Source of the DNA: an uncultured bacterium
GTDB lineage: Bacteria; Desulfobacterota_D; UBA1144; Nemesobacterales; UBA2774
Length of the DNA stretch: 64,000 bases
NCBI GenBank assembly: GCA_963825135.1
Contig: CAWGRW010000009.1
Location: forward strand, 1,312,001-1,376,000
Direction: 5' to 3'
The position numbers were made by a program, and so were the translations under genes. Numbering within the stretch: the first letter of the stretch is position 1; every line of letters begins with the position of its first letter. Below the pieces are notes generated by a model. That model did no database searches and was not told where the DNA came from. It was given only the letters and a program-made list of their open reading frames with translations. This document shows, piece by piece, positions 30,553 to 40,713 of the stretch.

Positions 30553-30635
30553 CACCTCTGATCCTCCTTTGCTCTTGGACGTTCTTGCTGTGGGCATACT
30601 TTTACGGCTCCTCCTGTGGTTTAAAATTCAAAGAA

Positions 30636-31019
<384 letters not shown>

Positions 31020-31080
31020 TTATCTAAAAGCTTTTCAATCAATAATAATAGGGGTTTATAATAGCCGCGCCCCGCGTAAG

Positions 31081-31097
31081 TGCCTAAAACTTAAGCA
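31081..31097. promoter_or_regulatory. Putative NtrC-type enhancer site
   Basis: TGCCT-N7-AAGCA, a 17-bp near-palindrome upstream of the glnB sigma54 promoter. Confidence 0.5.
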
Positions 31098-31461
31098 AAG
31101 CATCCCAAAAATTAATCATAAATCCGGTGTGTTTGAATCATTATTGAAATATCCTTCGTAGATTGTGATTGTTCAGGACCCGGAAAATGATTGCTCTCCC
31201 TCTATATGTCATTATGCGGGCTTGTCTATTAAATACGGAGGGGGGCGGTCTGAATTTGGCCTTCCACTGAAAAAAAATGTTCTGCGCCGGGATAGGATGC
31301 CTTACTTGAATTTTCTCGGCTCCGTCTGAGCAACTGCGCATTGATTTCATATTGTTGACGATTTTTGTCAGGTTCACGGGCCGGGATACGACGACATCAT
31401 GGTGAATATAGTATAATAATTACAGCGTGTTATCATCGATCGGTGTCCCCCCCGGCGCATG

Positions 31462-31477
31462 TGGCATGATATTTGCA
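31462..31477 (+). promoter_or_regulatory. Sigma54 -24/-12 promoter
   Basis: TGGCAT-GATAT-TTGCA, about 20 bp upstream of ATG 31498. Confidence 0.78.
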
Positions 31478-31497
31478 CCCATCTACATATTGTGAGA

Positions 31498-32871
31498 ATG
31501 CATCTGGCAAAGCTGCTGGTCAGGGAAGGTTTAGTCAGCGTCGAGCGGATAAGGGAAGCTATAGAACACGGCAGGGAATCCGGATGCGAAATGGGAGAGG
31601 CGTTGGCGGATCTGGGTTATGTTTCGGAATCCCGCCTTGTCGAGCTCCTGGCAAAGGAATACGGTGTTCCGGCTATGGATATTGACGGCTGTGAACCCGA
31701 TGAAGGCGTCCTCGGGCTCGTTCCGGTAGAAACCGCTCTTGAAAAATTTCTGGTTCCCATAACCGTAGACGGCTCCGATTTAATCATCGCGATGTCCGAT
31801 CCCTCGGACATATTACTCCTGGACGACCTGGGGTTTATAACGGGTAAGAATATTAAACCCGTAGTGGCGCCATACAGGTCGATCAGGGATAAATTGAGCA
31901 AATATTACCGGGAAAAGGATGTTGCCGGTTCCGCTCCGGGGGGAGAATTATCAGAAGAATCGGGGTTACAGGACAGACCGAGTGCTTCTTTCTCTTCTCA
32001 GAATAAGGAAACCCGCCCCGTGGACGACATTATAAAAGAGCTTGAGCTGTATAAAAATGACCGGTTCCCCGGTTCTGAAATATCGGCAGCCGATGAAAAG
32101 GGACTGAACGGGGAAGCCGATTCGGTAAGGGGTAATGACGCCCTACTCAACGCAGAGGCAATGAGCAGGGTCGATGAAGTGGTCAATGAGCCGTTTGAGA
32201 AATCCGGTTTTGGAGATCATCCGGGTCCCGACGACCTGCCGAGACCCGCGTCCGCGGATCAGACGGACGGGCACGTCGGCTTTCCGGATAAATATGCCTT
32301 CGGGGATGAGCCCGCCGGGGACGCTCCCGCAGCGGGCGGTCTCGCTGCCGGCGTCGATGAAACCCGCAGTTCGGATACGGCCTCGGGAGACGCCGCATCA
32401 GCGTCCGATGAAGGTTCAGCGGGCGCGGGCGCGCCGCCGAACGGGCCTCATTCGACCCTGTCCGGGAAAAACAGGCAGGGGGACAGGGGCTCCGTACTCA
32501 TAGTGGAGGTCAGTCCCACGGTTAGGAAGATCATGAGAATTGCTCTTGAAAGGGCCGGTTATCTGGTCTATGCCGCGGGGGACGGAATACAGGCTCTGGC
32601 GAGTATCAATGAAATAATTCCCGATTTGATATTCGTCGGCATAGAGCTCCCCCACATGGACGGTTACCAGTTCTGCAAGGTTATAAAGAGTCACGGTCTT
32701 ACGAAGGAGGTACCGGTTGTGATGCTGTCCGGGAAGATCGGGGTCCTCGATAAGATGAAGGTGAAGATGTCGGGGGCTGACGACTTTATAGCCAAGCCCT
32801 TCGGGCCGGGCGCCCTGGTTCAGGCGGCGGAGAAGTACATGAGATCATCGGCACAGGAAGCCACGATATAG
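31498..32871 (+). CDS. MshEN/GspE-N-like domain + acidic disordered linker + PilG-like (pseudo)receiver domain
   Basis: N-term LAKLLVREGLV...GEALADLGYVS...IAMSDPSDI; C-term DGYQFCKVIK...PVVMLSGK...GADDFIAKPF. Start moved downstream of the sigma54 site. Confidence 0.85.
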   Translation: MHLAKLLVREGLVSVERIREAIEHGRESGCEMGEALADLGYVSESRLVELLAKEYGVPAMDIDGCEPDEGVLGLVPVETALEKFLVPITVDGSDLIIAMSDPSDILLLDDLGFITGKNIKPVVAPYRSIRDKLSKYYREKDVAGSAPGGELSEESGLQDRPSASFSSQNKETRPVDDIIKELELYKNDRFPGSEISAADEKGLNGEADSVRGNDALLNAEAMSRVDEVVNEPFEKSGFGDHPGPDDLPRPASADQTDGHVGFPDKYAFGDEPAGDAPAAGGLAAGVDETRSSDTASGDAASASDEGSAGAGAPPNGPHSTLSGKNRQGDRGSVLIVEVSPTVRKIMRIALERAGYLVYAAGDGIQALASINEIIPDLIFVGIELPHMDGYQFCKVIKSHGLTKEVPVVMLSGKIGVLDKMKVKMSGADDFIAKPFGPGALVQAAEKYMRSSAQEATI

Positions 32872-32898
32872 AATTCCGGAGAAATCGAGGGAAAAGCG

Positions 32899-33465
32899 AT
32901 GATGGTGCGTAAATTTTTCGTTGTCGATCAGGACGGGGAAAATAAAGAGTACGTTACTGCGGCCGAGCTCGTTTCACAGGAAGAGGCCCGGCTGGAAACG
33001 GATCTGTTGTTTCTGCTCTCGGAGCTCTCTGTCCTGGTGGATGAAATAACGGAAACAAAAGATAAACAGCCGGTTCAATCTCTTAAAATATTATCGGAGG
33101 CCGTGAACAGGGTCGCCGAATTCTGCGCGCAATCGGGACACGTATCTCTCGAAGAGGGTTTTCTCCCTGATGCGCTCCTTATCGCCTCGGGGAGTTTCGC
33201 GCACTTAAAGCTCCTGCATGTCGATCATAGCCGTATTTCCGCTCAGACGGCTATTAACCTATACGGTGGCTGGACGGGTGACGCGAACGGCAAGAATCAG
33301 GCGTTCCAGCAGATATCCCTGGGGATGGTTCGAGTGCTCGAATTATATTTCAGCTCTATCGAGGGCAGTTTTAACGCGCCTTATCCGGCTCAGTTGTGGA
33401 AGGAAACTTTTGAGATATATATAAAAGAGCTTACTGAGTCCGTAATGAGTATTACTTTCAGATAA
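32899..33465 (+). CDS. Hypothetical protein, probably helical
   Basis: 188-aa ORF 27 bp after the previous gene; GAGG SD. Confidence 0.75.
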   Translation: MMVRKFFVVDQDGENKEYVTAAELVSQEEARLETDLLFLLSELSVLVDEITETKDKQPVQSLKILSEAVNRVAEFCAQSGHVSLEEGFLPDALLIASGSFAHLKLLHVDHSRISAQTAINLYGGWTGDANGKNQAFQQISLGMVRVLELYFSSIEGSFNAPYPAQLWKETFEIYIKELTESVMSITFR

Positions 33466-33655
33466 TACAATCCCCGTATGCTCACGGCGTCCCTGCCTCG
33501 TATCTAATATAACCGGCGGCCGCGCGCGGCCACTGTGAGAATCACAGCCTCGAATTATTTATGCCGCCCTGATATTAACTTGTGCGGAATCTTGTTATAT
33601 TATCTCTATCAAAAAACCGGACTCGCTCGGCAGTCCGCTTTGGTAAGGACCATAC

Positions 33656-34027
33656 ATGCAGAAAGAAAAGAACGTCTTCGGAGAAGAGCTCGAGAATTGC
33701 TCGTTATCCCCTATGACCGGATTTTATCGGGACGGGTGCTGCAGGACCGGGCCTCAGGACCTCGGCATGCACGTAGTATGCACGGAGGTCACGAAGGAGT
33801 TTCTGGAATTCTCCAGGGCGCGCGGGAACGACCTGACCGCCCCCAATCCGGAATTTGAATTCCCGGGTCTCAAACCCGGGGACAGGTGGTGTCTGTGCGC
33901 GCTCCGGTGGAAAGAGGCGTTTGACAGCGGGGCCGCCCCTCCCGTCATACTCGCCTCCACGCACGAGTCCGTGCTCGAGGTCGTATCGATCGAGGATCTG
34001 AAAAAGTTTGCTATAGACCTGGCGTGA
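33656..34027 (+). CDS. DUF2237 family protein
   Basis: TGFYRDGCC, SRARGNDL, FPGLKPGDRWCLCALRW. Confidence 0.93.
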   Translation: MQKEKNVFGEELENCSLSPMTGFYRDGCCRTGPQDLGMHVVCTEVTKEFLEFSRARGNDLTAPNPEFEFPGLKPGDRWCLCALRWKEAFDSGAAPPVILASTHESVLEVVSIEDLKKFAIDLA

Positions 34028-34043
34028 CCGTCCGCGTCGGTCG

Positions 34044-35246
34044 TTATTTTTTACCCTCCACGGGCGCTACTTCATCGATTCTGACCAGGACCCTCCGGGG
34101 CTCTATGTTTTCAAGGGAAATGTCCTTCGGAAACCTCAGACTCGATTCGGAAATATTTACCGTCTTTATCCCTTTCCTCGCCTCGGGTATCTTGAGGAAC
34201 AGCTCGACCTCCTTCTCGTTGAAGAAGTAAAAAGCCCTCCTCGGGCCTAGGAACGTGACTTTCACGGTCTCGGGCTTAATATCCTCGACCCTGAGCTCGG
34301 AAGGCAGGGTGGTATATTTTACCGGTACGTTGTAGGTCATGTAGACGAGCTTCGATTCGTGGACGAATACGAACCAGAGGGCAATCGCCATCAATACCGC
34401 GATCGCCTTTTCCCTGTAATTTTTCGTAAAAAATGTAAACCAGTTTTTTCTTTTCTTAATCGGGTTTATTTCACTGTAGAATTTTTCCAGGATTAGATTG
34501 AGCTGCTCGCTGCCGATCTCTCTCAGCTCCCCGTTCCTTGCGACCGAGATGGTCCCTTTTTCTTCCGACACGACCAGACACAGGGCATCGCTCATCTCCG
34601 ACATACCGAGAGCGGCCGCGTGTCTCGTGCCTCTGTTCATGAGCATCGCGAAGTTTTTCGAAAGCGGGAGGTGGCAGGAAAATTTGACCACGTTTCCGTT
34701 CTCTATTATTATGGCGCCGTCATGACCGATCGAGTGGGGATCGAGCAGGCTTTTAAGGAGCGGCTCGCTCAGCTTGCCGTTCAGATGCTTTCCGCCCTCG
34801 ACCGACCGCTCTATTGTCGACTTTCCGGGAAGGACGATGAGAGCTCCGATTTTTTCCTTGGCCAGGTCAGTGATTGTGTTTACGAGCACTTCTATCTCCA
34901 CGCGCGACGCGACGCCCGATCTCTCGAGGGCCAGCTGCGGGTTCAGGCTCCAGAAGGCGATCTGCTCCAGGAACTGACGTATCTCCTCCTGGAAGATTAT
35001 TATGAGCGCGATGAATATGACCGCGAAAAACGTCTGGAGCACCGAGGCCGTCAGCACCAGGTTGAACTGGCGGGCGAGGAGGTAGACAATGCTGATAATA
35101 ATTACGCCTGTCAGCACGAACCGAGCTTTCGTCCTGTTGAATAATACGAGCACAGCGTATATAAGGAGGGACATGAAAGCGATATCGAACAGACCGGGAA
35201 TGCTTATTTCTTTAATAATATCGGAGATAAATTGGCCGGGATTCAA
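34044..35246 (-). CDS. cdaA: Diadenylate cyclase CdaA fused to a TM segment and YbbR (CdaR-like) domain
   Basis: N-terminal TMs, FQEEIR, HDGA, GTRHAAALGMSE; then KAIAVLMAIALWFVFV and a YbbR-like beta domain. Confidence 0.88.
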   Translation of the reverse strand: MNPGQFISDIIKEISIPGLFDIAFMSLLIYAVLVLFNRTKARFVLTGVIIISIVYLLARQFNLVLTASVLQTFFAVIFIALIIIFQEEIRQFLEQIAFWSLNPQLALERSGVASRVEIEVLVNTITDLAKEKIGALIVLPGKSTIERSVEGGKHLNGKLSEPLLKSLLDPHSIGHDGAIIIENGNVVKFSCHLPLSKNFAMLMNRGTRHAAALGMSEMSDALCLVVSEEKGTISVARNGELREIGSEQLNLILEKFYSEINPIKKRKNWFTFFTKNYREKAIAVLMAIALWFVFVHESKLVYMTYNVPVKYTTLPSELRVEDIKPETVKVTFLGPRRAFYFFNEKEVELFLKIPEARKGIKTVNISESSLRFPKDISLENIEPRRVLVRIDEVAPVEGKK

Positions 35247-35371
35247 TTATTGCAACCTTCGGGTTTAGTTGTGTAAGTATATCAGAAGAGTCGCCGGTCT
35301 GACAGTTTTTTATCAGCGCCCGTCTCGCAACACTATGGCGTAACTCGAATTATTGTATTTGTTTATCGGAA

Positions 35372-36711
35372 TTATCCGGTTTGTGACACTAAAACGACCC
35401 GCAAATCCATGACATTAGTGTTCGTCGGTCCCGTAATCAGCAGGTCACCGAGGGGTTTAAAAAAGTTATAGGAGTCGTTATCAGTCAAATGCCGGTGCGC
35501 GTCAAGGCCCAGTCTTCGCGCCCTCCCCATCGTGGTACCGTCGGCGATCGCCCCCGCTGCGTCCGTGGGACCGTCGGTACCGTCCGTCCCTCCGCAGAGG
35601 ACGAGGACGCCTTCGAGTCCTTCTATGCCGATCGCCGATGAGAGCGCGAATTCCTGATTCCTGCCCCCCAGGCCTCTTCCCCTTCACCTGCGACCGTAGT
35701 TTCCCCGCCCGAGATTATGCACGCGGGTCTCTTTACGGGATTTCCGGAAGACATAATCTCCCTGACAATCGCCGTATGCAGCCGGGCGGCTCCCGACGTC
35801 TCGCCGTCGATAGAGGTTGAGAGTATGAGGGAATTGTATCCGAGCTCGGACGCCTTCTCTTTTGCGGCGAGGGCCGCGTCGATGTTCCCGGCGACTATCA
35901 CCGTCCGCGTACGCTCGAATGCGCGGTCGCCGGGCTTCGGCGTCTCCTCCGTCTCGCCCCTTGATCCTTTTTCGATGTGCCTCACGATCGGTGCGGGCAG
36001 CTTGTTTTCGAGTCCGTACTTTTCGATGATCCTTCTGCAATCCCCGAACGTGCTTCTATCAGGCACGGTCGGGCCCGAGGCGACCGCGTCGAGGTCGTCC
36101 CCGATAACGTCCGAGAGTACGAGTGAGATGACCGTCGAGGGGTAGGCAAGCCCGGCGAGCCTGCCGCCTTTGACTAAAGAGACGTGTTTTCTGAGCACGT
36201 TGATCTCGTGTATCGTAGCGCCGCATTCGAGCAGGGTATTCGTCATGTTCTGCTTGTCCTCGAGCGACAGCCCCTCGGCGGGCAAGGGGAGCAGGGCCGA
36301 CCCTCCTCCCGATATGAGGAATATTACGAGGTCGCGCTCACCGGTTTTCCCGAGCATCCTCACGATCTCCTCCGCTCCTTCGAGCCCCGCCTCGTCCGGA
36401 ACCGGGTGCGAGGCCTCGTTAATCTTTACTGTTTTTAACGCGGCCGTATGCCCGTACTTTACGTTTATTATCCCTGCCGTAAGCAGGTCCCCCAGTACGT
36501 CCTCGACGGCGCGGGCCATGGGGGCGGCGGCTTTACCCATTCCCGCCACATATATATTCTCGAATTCCGAAAGAGCGTATTTATTCCCGTCGAGCTCGAG
36601 AAAGCCGTTATAGAGTCCGAGGTGCTTTTTTATCGCGTTCTCCGGATCGACTGCCTTGATGCCCGCCTCGAAAATGCCGATCGCGTCCTTCCTGAGCCGT
36701 TTGAGGTCCAT
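35372..36711 (-). pseudogene. Glycerate kinase type 2 (MOFRL/TtuD-like), frameshifted near 35675-35688
   Basis: GMGKAA, ASHPVPD, ISGGGSAL, GGETTV. The C-terminus GLGGRNQEF...GTDGTDG...TGPTNTNVMD continues in another frame to the stop at 35372. Confidence 0.88.
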
Positions 36712-36862
36712 AGCCTCACAGTATAACGAGAGCGTTTTAATCTAACAATAAACCGCGCTCGATCTCCGGGCGTTTCCATGCTTTCACGCCCCGATGCGCG
36801 GCATTTTATAATACGCGAAATCACGGGTAGATTCTTAGAAAGGATTATATCCGGACAACGCC

Positions 36863-37501
36863 ATGAAGAGATTCCTTCAAGCCCTCGTAATACTGCCCCT
36901 CGCGTCACTCGTTCTCTCTGCCGTCTTCGCCCGCGGCGAGGACGGCTCCCCTGAAATTTCGTGTGCCGAAAGCTGCGACAACTCGCAGAAGAGTTGCGAG
37001 ATGTCCTGCTCCCAGATAGTCGGCGCTGGGGTCGAGAGCGGGAAAAAGAGGGTGTGTCTTCAGGCCTGCGGGGAGGAAAGGGCCGGGTGCGAGAAGGGGT
37101 GCGTGAACCCGACGCCCCGCCCCACGCCGGTACCTGAGCCCTATAGCGACAAGACCTGCGCCGGTGCGTGTGAGTACAGGAGCAGGGACTGCGCCGAGGA
37201 TTGCACGAGATTTATCGGGGGCGGCGCGGCGAGCGTGGAAAGGGCGAATTGTCAGAAAGTATGCGGGGAAGAGCTTGGTAAATGCAGTAACAAGTGTATG
37301 AGTCCGACCGCCCCCCCGACATTCGATCCGGAGGTCTTCGAGAATAACCCCTGCGCCGGCGACTGTGCGTCGAAGCTCGAGGAGTGCGAAGGGACATGCG
37401 GCATGTTCTCCGGAGACGGGACCGGCGGGGGAAAGCGCGGCGAGTGTATGAGCGCGTGCAAAACAGTACAGTACGATTGCCTCAGTTCATGCGCGCGGTA
37501 A
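36863..37501 (+). CDS. Secreted cysteine-rich repeat protein (3 x 8 Cys)
   Basis: Sec-type signal ending VFA; three repeats of two CxxxC-x6-CxxxC units; Pro/Thr linkers. Confidence 0.85.
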   Translation: MKRFLQALVILPLASLVLSAVFARGEDGSPEISCAESCDNSQKSCEMSCSQIVGAGVESGKKRVCLQACGEERAGCEKGCVNPTPRPTPVPEPYSDKTCAGACEYRSRDCAEDCTRFIGGGAASVERANCQKVCGEELGKCSNKCMSPTAPPTFDPEVFENNPCAGDCASKLEECEGTCGMFSGDGTGGGKRGECMSACKTVQYDCLSSCAR

Positions 37502-37520
37502 GCGGCAAATCGGCAATATT

Positions 37521-38069
37521 TCAGACCGGACGACGGAGCCTCGGCAGATCCTTCACGGCCTCTATTATCTCGTCCTTGATCGTATCCCTGTTCTCGAGGT
37601 TCATTTTAAAGAGTCTCACGTCTTCCCGCTCCTTGATCTTTCCTTTAATGCCCCCGTCCGTATGAGCTATCGTCGCTATAACGATGCTCTTCGAGTCGAG
37701 CAGCTCCTGAATCATCCGCACGAATTTTACGGAAAGGCATTCCATTTTGCCGATCTCGTCGATAATTACGAGGCCCTCCTCCGAATCCGGCAGGCTGAGA
37801 GAATCGAGGAATGAATCGAAGGCGCCGACGTCCACCCTGTACTTCCCGATCTGGTACGGGCTGTCGATAAATACATGGGCGAGTATCGCCCTCCTTCCGT
37901 CGAGCCCCGCGATCTGAAACCCCTTCCTCTCCCCTTTATGCCGTATCTCCTCCGTGTAAAACCCTCGGGGGTCGTATCTCGTGAGATCGTAAACGAGCTG
38001 CTTGATGACGGTAGTTTTCCCTATTCCCGGGAGCCCGGTAATAAGGATATTCTTTCTTTCCCTGTCCAT
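37521..38069 (-). CDS. Nucleoside-triphosphatase (THEP1/NTPase_1 family)
   Basis: ITGLPGIGKTT, GFYTEEIR, IGKYRV, IIDEIGKME. Confidence 0.93.
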   Translation of the reverse strand: MDRERKNILITGLPGIGKTTVIKQLVYDLTRYDPRGFYTEEIRHKGERKGFQIAGLDGRRAILAHVFIDSPYQIGKYRVDVGAFDSFLDSLSLPDSEEGLVIIDEIGKMECLSVKFVRMIQELLDSKSIVIATIAHTDGGIKGKIKEREDVRLFKMNLENRDTIKDEIIEAVKDLPRLRRPV

Positions 38070-38169
38070 GTTCTATCGTTCCGTGATTCGTTTCCGGGAT
38101 GGAGTGCGGGTGTCGGGTATACGCCGCGGCGACGGGTCTTATATGCGGGTCGGGAAGGAGGTCGTATGT

Positions 38170-39313
38170 TTACACCCTTATCTGATCGCAGATCTCTCTG
38201 GTCAGACGGACTGCGCCGTCTACTTCATCAAAAGTATTCTCGACTGAAAAACTGAAGCGGATGCTCGAATACGCCTCGGCCTCGGTCAGCCCCATCGAGC
38301 ACAGAACGTAAGAAGGCGAGACCTGGAAATTGGTACATGCCGAGCTCTGGGAGCACATCACCCCGGCCTTGTCGAGCTCCCTCACGAGCTTCCTCCCGTC
38401 TATCCCCCCGAACATAATGTTGGTGGTATTGCAAATCCGGTTTCCGGTATCGCCGTTTACCCTCGTCCCAGGGATAAAATCGAGTATCATCGCTTCGAAT
38501 CTGTCCCTCAAATCCTTCATGTAGCGGGCGAGCCTCTTCAAATCGTTCTTCCTGAGCTCTGCGGCCTTACCCACTGCCGACGATCCCCGGCAGGTTCTCC
38601 GTCCCCGGACGGAACCCCTCCTCCTGGAACCCTCCGAACATCATGGGCGCGAGGAGGAATTTGTCTTTCGTGTAAATGGCTCCTGCTCCCTGGGGGCCGT
38701 GGAACTTATGCCCGGTAAACGTAAGGAAATCGAACGGGAGCTCCTCAACCTTCATTTCCAGCTTCCCCACGGCCTGCGCCGCGTCCGTATGAAAGGGTAT
38801 CCCTCTCTCACGGCAGATTTCCCCCGCCTCGACTATCGGCTGTATAACGCCTGTTTCATTGTTGACCCACTGCAGGGATACGAGCGCCGTGTCCTCGCTG
38901 ATCAGCCTCCTCAGCTCGTCCAGGTCGACGGTTCCCTTCGCGTCGACTCGTATCAGCTTTATTTCGACGCCGTTTATACAGAGATAGCCGCACATTTTTC
39001 TAATAGATGAGTGCTCGACGGTGCTTGTAATGACGCGGCATTTTTTCCCTTTGTCCCTCGTGCGGGAATAAAACGCCATATTGTTCGACTCCGTCCCCGA
39101 GCTTGTGAAAGTAATCCTGGAGGGGCTCGAGCCTATGAGCGCCGCCACCTTTTCCCTGGCATCGGCGAGGTGTTTTCTGGCCCTTTCTCCTGCGGAGTGG
39201 GCGCTCGAAGGGTTTCCGAATTCGTCGCCCAGTATCTTGTATACCTCTTCCCTGACTTCCGGAAGCGGCTTCGTAGTTGCGTTATTATCGAGATATATTT
39301 CCCTATATTCCAT
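38170..39313 (-). pseudogene. Cysteine desulfurase (IscS/NifS-like), frameshifted at about 38574
   Basis: YLDNNATT, GNPSSAH, HTDAAQ, GHKFHGP, RPGTEN. The second ORF carries the catalytic SQSSAC and IRFS. Removing one base fuses the two. Confidence 0.9.
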
Positions 39314-39451
39314 AACCAGGCCCTATCTAAATATTATACATTATTTAGAGGCATTTTTTGTACGCGGGCCTGTCCCTTATAAACGAATCCCGCCCGGTCT
39401 TGCCGGACTTTCTCAGACCCGGTGGTTTTCACGGGCCTTCGGGAATAATCT

Positions 39452-39847
39452 TTACGCCCCGTGCTCGAGGTCGTATTCTTCGGAGGTCATTATGGTAATA
39501 CAGGGTCTCTTGTCGGCCTTTTCGAGCGGGCCCAGGTGGGACATCAGCTGTACGCTTTCCTCTTTCCCTTCCCTGGTAAGAGGCACCGGGAAGTATATCA
39601 GGTTCGATTTATTGGTCAGACGGTGAACCCTGATAAAATATAAGAGCTTGTCCAGTATGCTTCTCAGCCTCGTCTTCTCGTCTTCTCCCGCTTTCCGCCC
39701 CTCTTCGTCCGGCGTGATCCAGGCGTCCCAGACTGTCGAGGTGATAAACACCGGTACGAGCAGGCCCGCTTCCTTCGCGGTCTCCGTTATGTCCCTCTGA
39801 CTCCCGTCATCGATTGCCTGTTTTCGCGTTCGGATACCTGTCTTCAT
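39452..39847 (-). CDS. Hypothetical protein resembling DUF6573-type mobile-element proteins
   Basis: TRKQAIDDG..DITETAKEAG..PV.IT..VW...DEKTRL...TIM..EY pattern, recognised from memory. Confidence 0.65.
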   Translation of the reverse strand: MKTGIRTRKQAIDDGSQRDITETAKEAGLLVPVFITSTVWDAWITPDEEGRKAGEDEKTRLRSILDKLLYFIRVHRLTNKSNLIYFPVPLTREGKEESVQLMSHLGPLEKADKRPCITIMTSEEYDLEHGA

Positions 39848-39864
39848 GTCGATATTTTAACCGA

Positions 39865-40689
39865 TTATTCCGTTTCCGGGACGAGCGCGACGATCCTGAG
39901 AGGCCCCCCGCTCCCGCCTTTTATTTTCATGGGCAATGCGATGACCAGGGCTCCCTTGGGCGGGAGTCCGTCCAGGTTCGCGACGTTCTCGAATGCGGGT
40001 ATGTTCTCCGCAAACAATATCCTGTGGCTTTCGAACAGCTTCGATTGCCCGTAGTCGATGCTCGGCGTGTCGAGTCCTATCGCGCTGATTTTACGGTTCT
40101 CCGTGAGCCACTTCGCGGCCCCCGGGTCGAGACCCGGGAAATGAAGCTCCTTAACCGCCTCCTGTCCCTTTTTATCCGTGCCCATGTATTTCACCTTGTC
40201 CGGCCAATACTTCGCATAACCGGTATTGAGGAGGACGATCGAGTCGTCGGGAATCCTTCCGTTGACTCTCTCCCATCCGGTAAAGTCATCGACGCCGATA
40301 AGATAATCCCGGTCGGAGAGGGCTTTTTCCGAGACATCGATAACGACTGCCGCGCCTATGAGTTTATCGATCGGGATTTCGTCCAGCGTCTCTTTGCCCT
40401 CCGCAAAATGCCGCGGGGCGTCGATGTGAGTCCCTCCGTGCTCCTCGGCCGTGTATTTGTTGGCAGCGTAGTAGTAACCCTTGTCGGTAATACCGTTAAA
40501 GACTGTTTCGAGCTTGAACCCTTCTCCCGTGGGCCAGTAGACAGTGTCGCTTGAAAAATCATGCGTGAGGTCGACCCATTTCCCGGCCGGGAGCGAGACG
40601 GTTTTCCCCTGGGCGAGTCCCCTGTCCGCCAATCCCGAGGATATCATCACCGCGAGGCCTAACAACATTATCCTGATGTCGATTTTCAT
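39865..40689 (-). CDS. Cyclase family (kynurenine formamidase-like) metallohydrolase with signal peptide
   Basis: DLTH, EHGGTHIDAPRH, HFPG, GLDTPSID, GGSGGPLR. Confidence 0.92.
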   Translation of the reverse strand: MKIDIRIMLLGLAVMISSGLADRGLAQGKTVSLPAGKWVDLTHDFSSDTVYWPTGEGFKLETVFNGITDKGYYYAANKYTAEEHGGTHIDAPRHFAEGKETLDEIPIDKLIGAAVVIDVSEKALSDRDYLIGVDDFTGWERVNGRIPDDSIVLLNTGYAKYWPDKVKYMGTDKKGQEAVKELHFPGLDPGAAKWLTENRKISAIGLDTPSIDYGQSKLFESHRILFAENIPAFENVANLDGLPPKGALVIALPMKIKGGSGGPLRIVALVPETE

Positions 40690-40713
40690 CCGTCACCTGT
40701 TTCTTGAATCCAA

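Noticed and set aside
38170..39313. DndA of a DNA phosphorothioation system
   Set aside because: No dnd or ssp genes in the window; the adjacent NTPase is THEP1-like.
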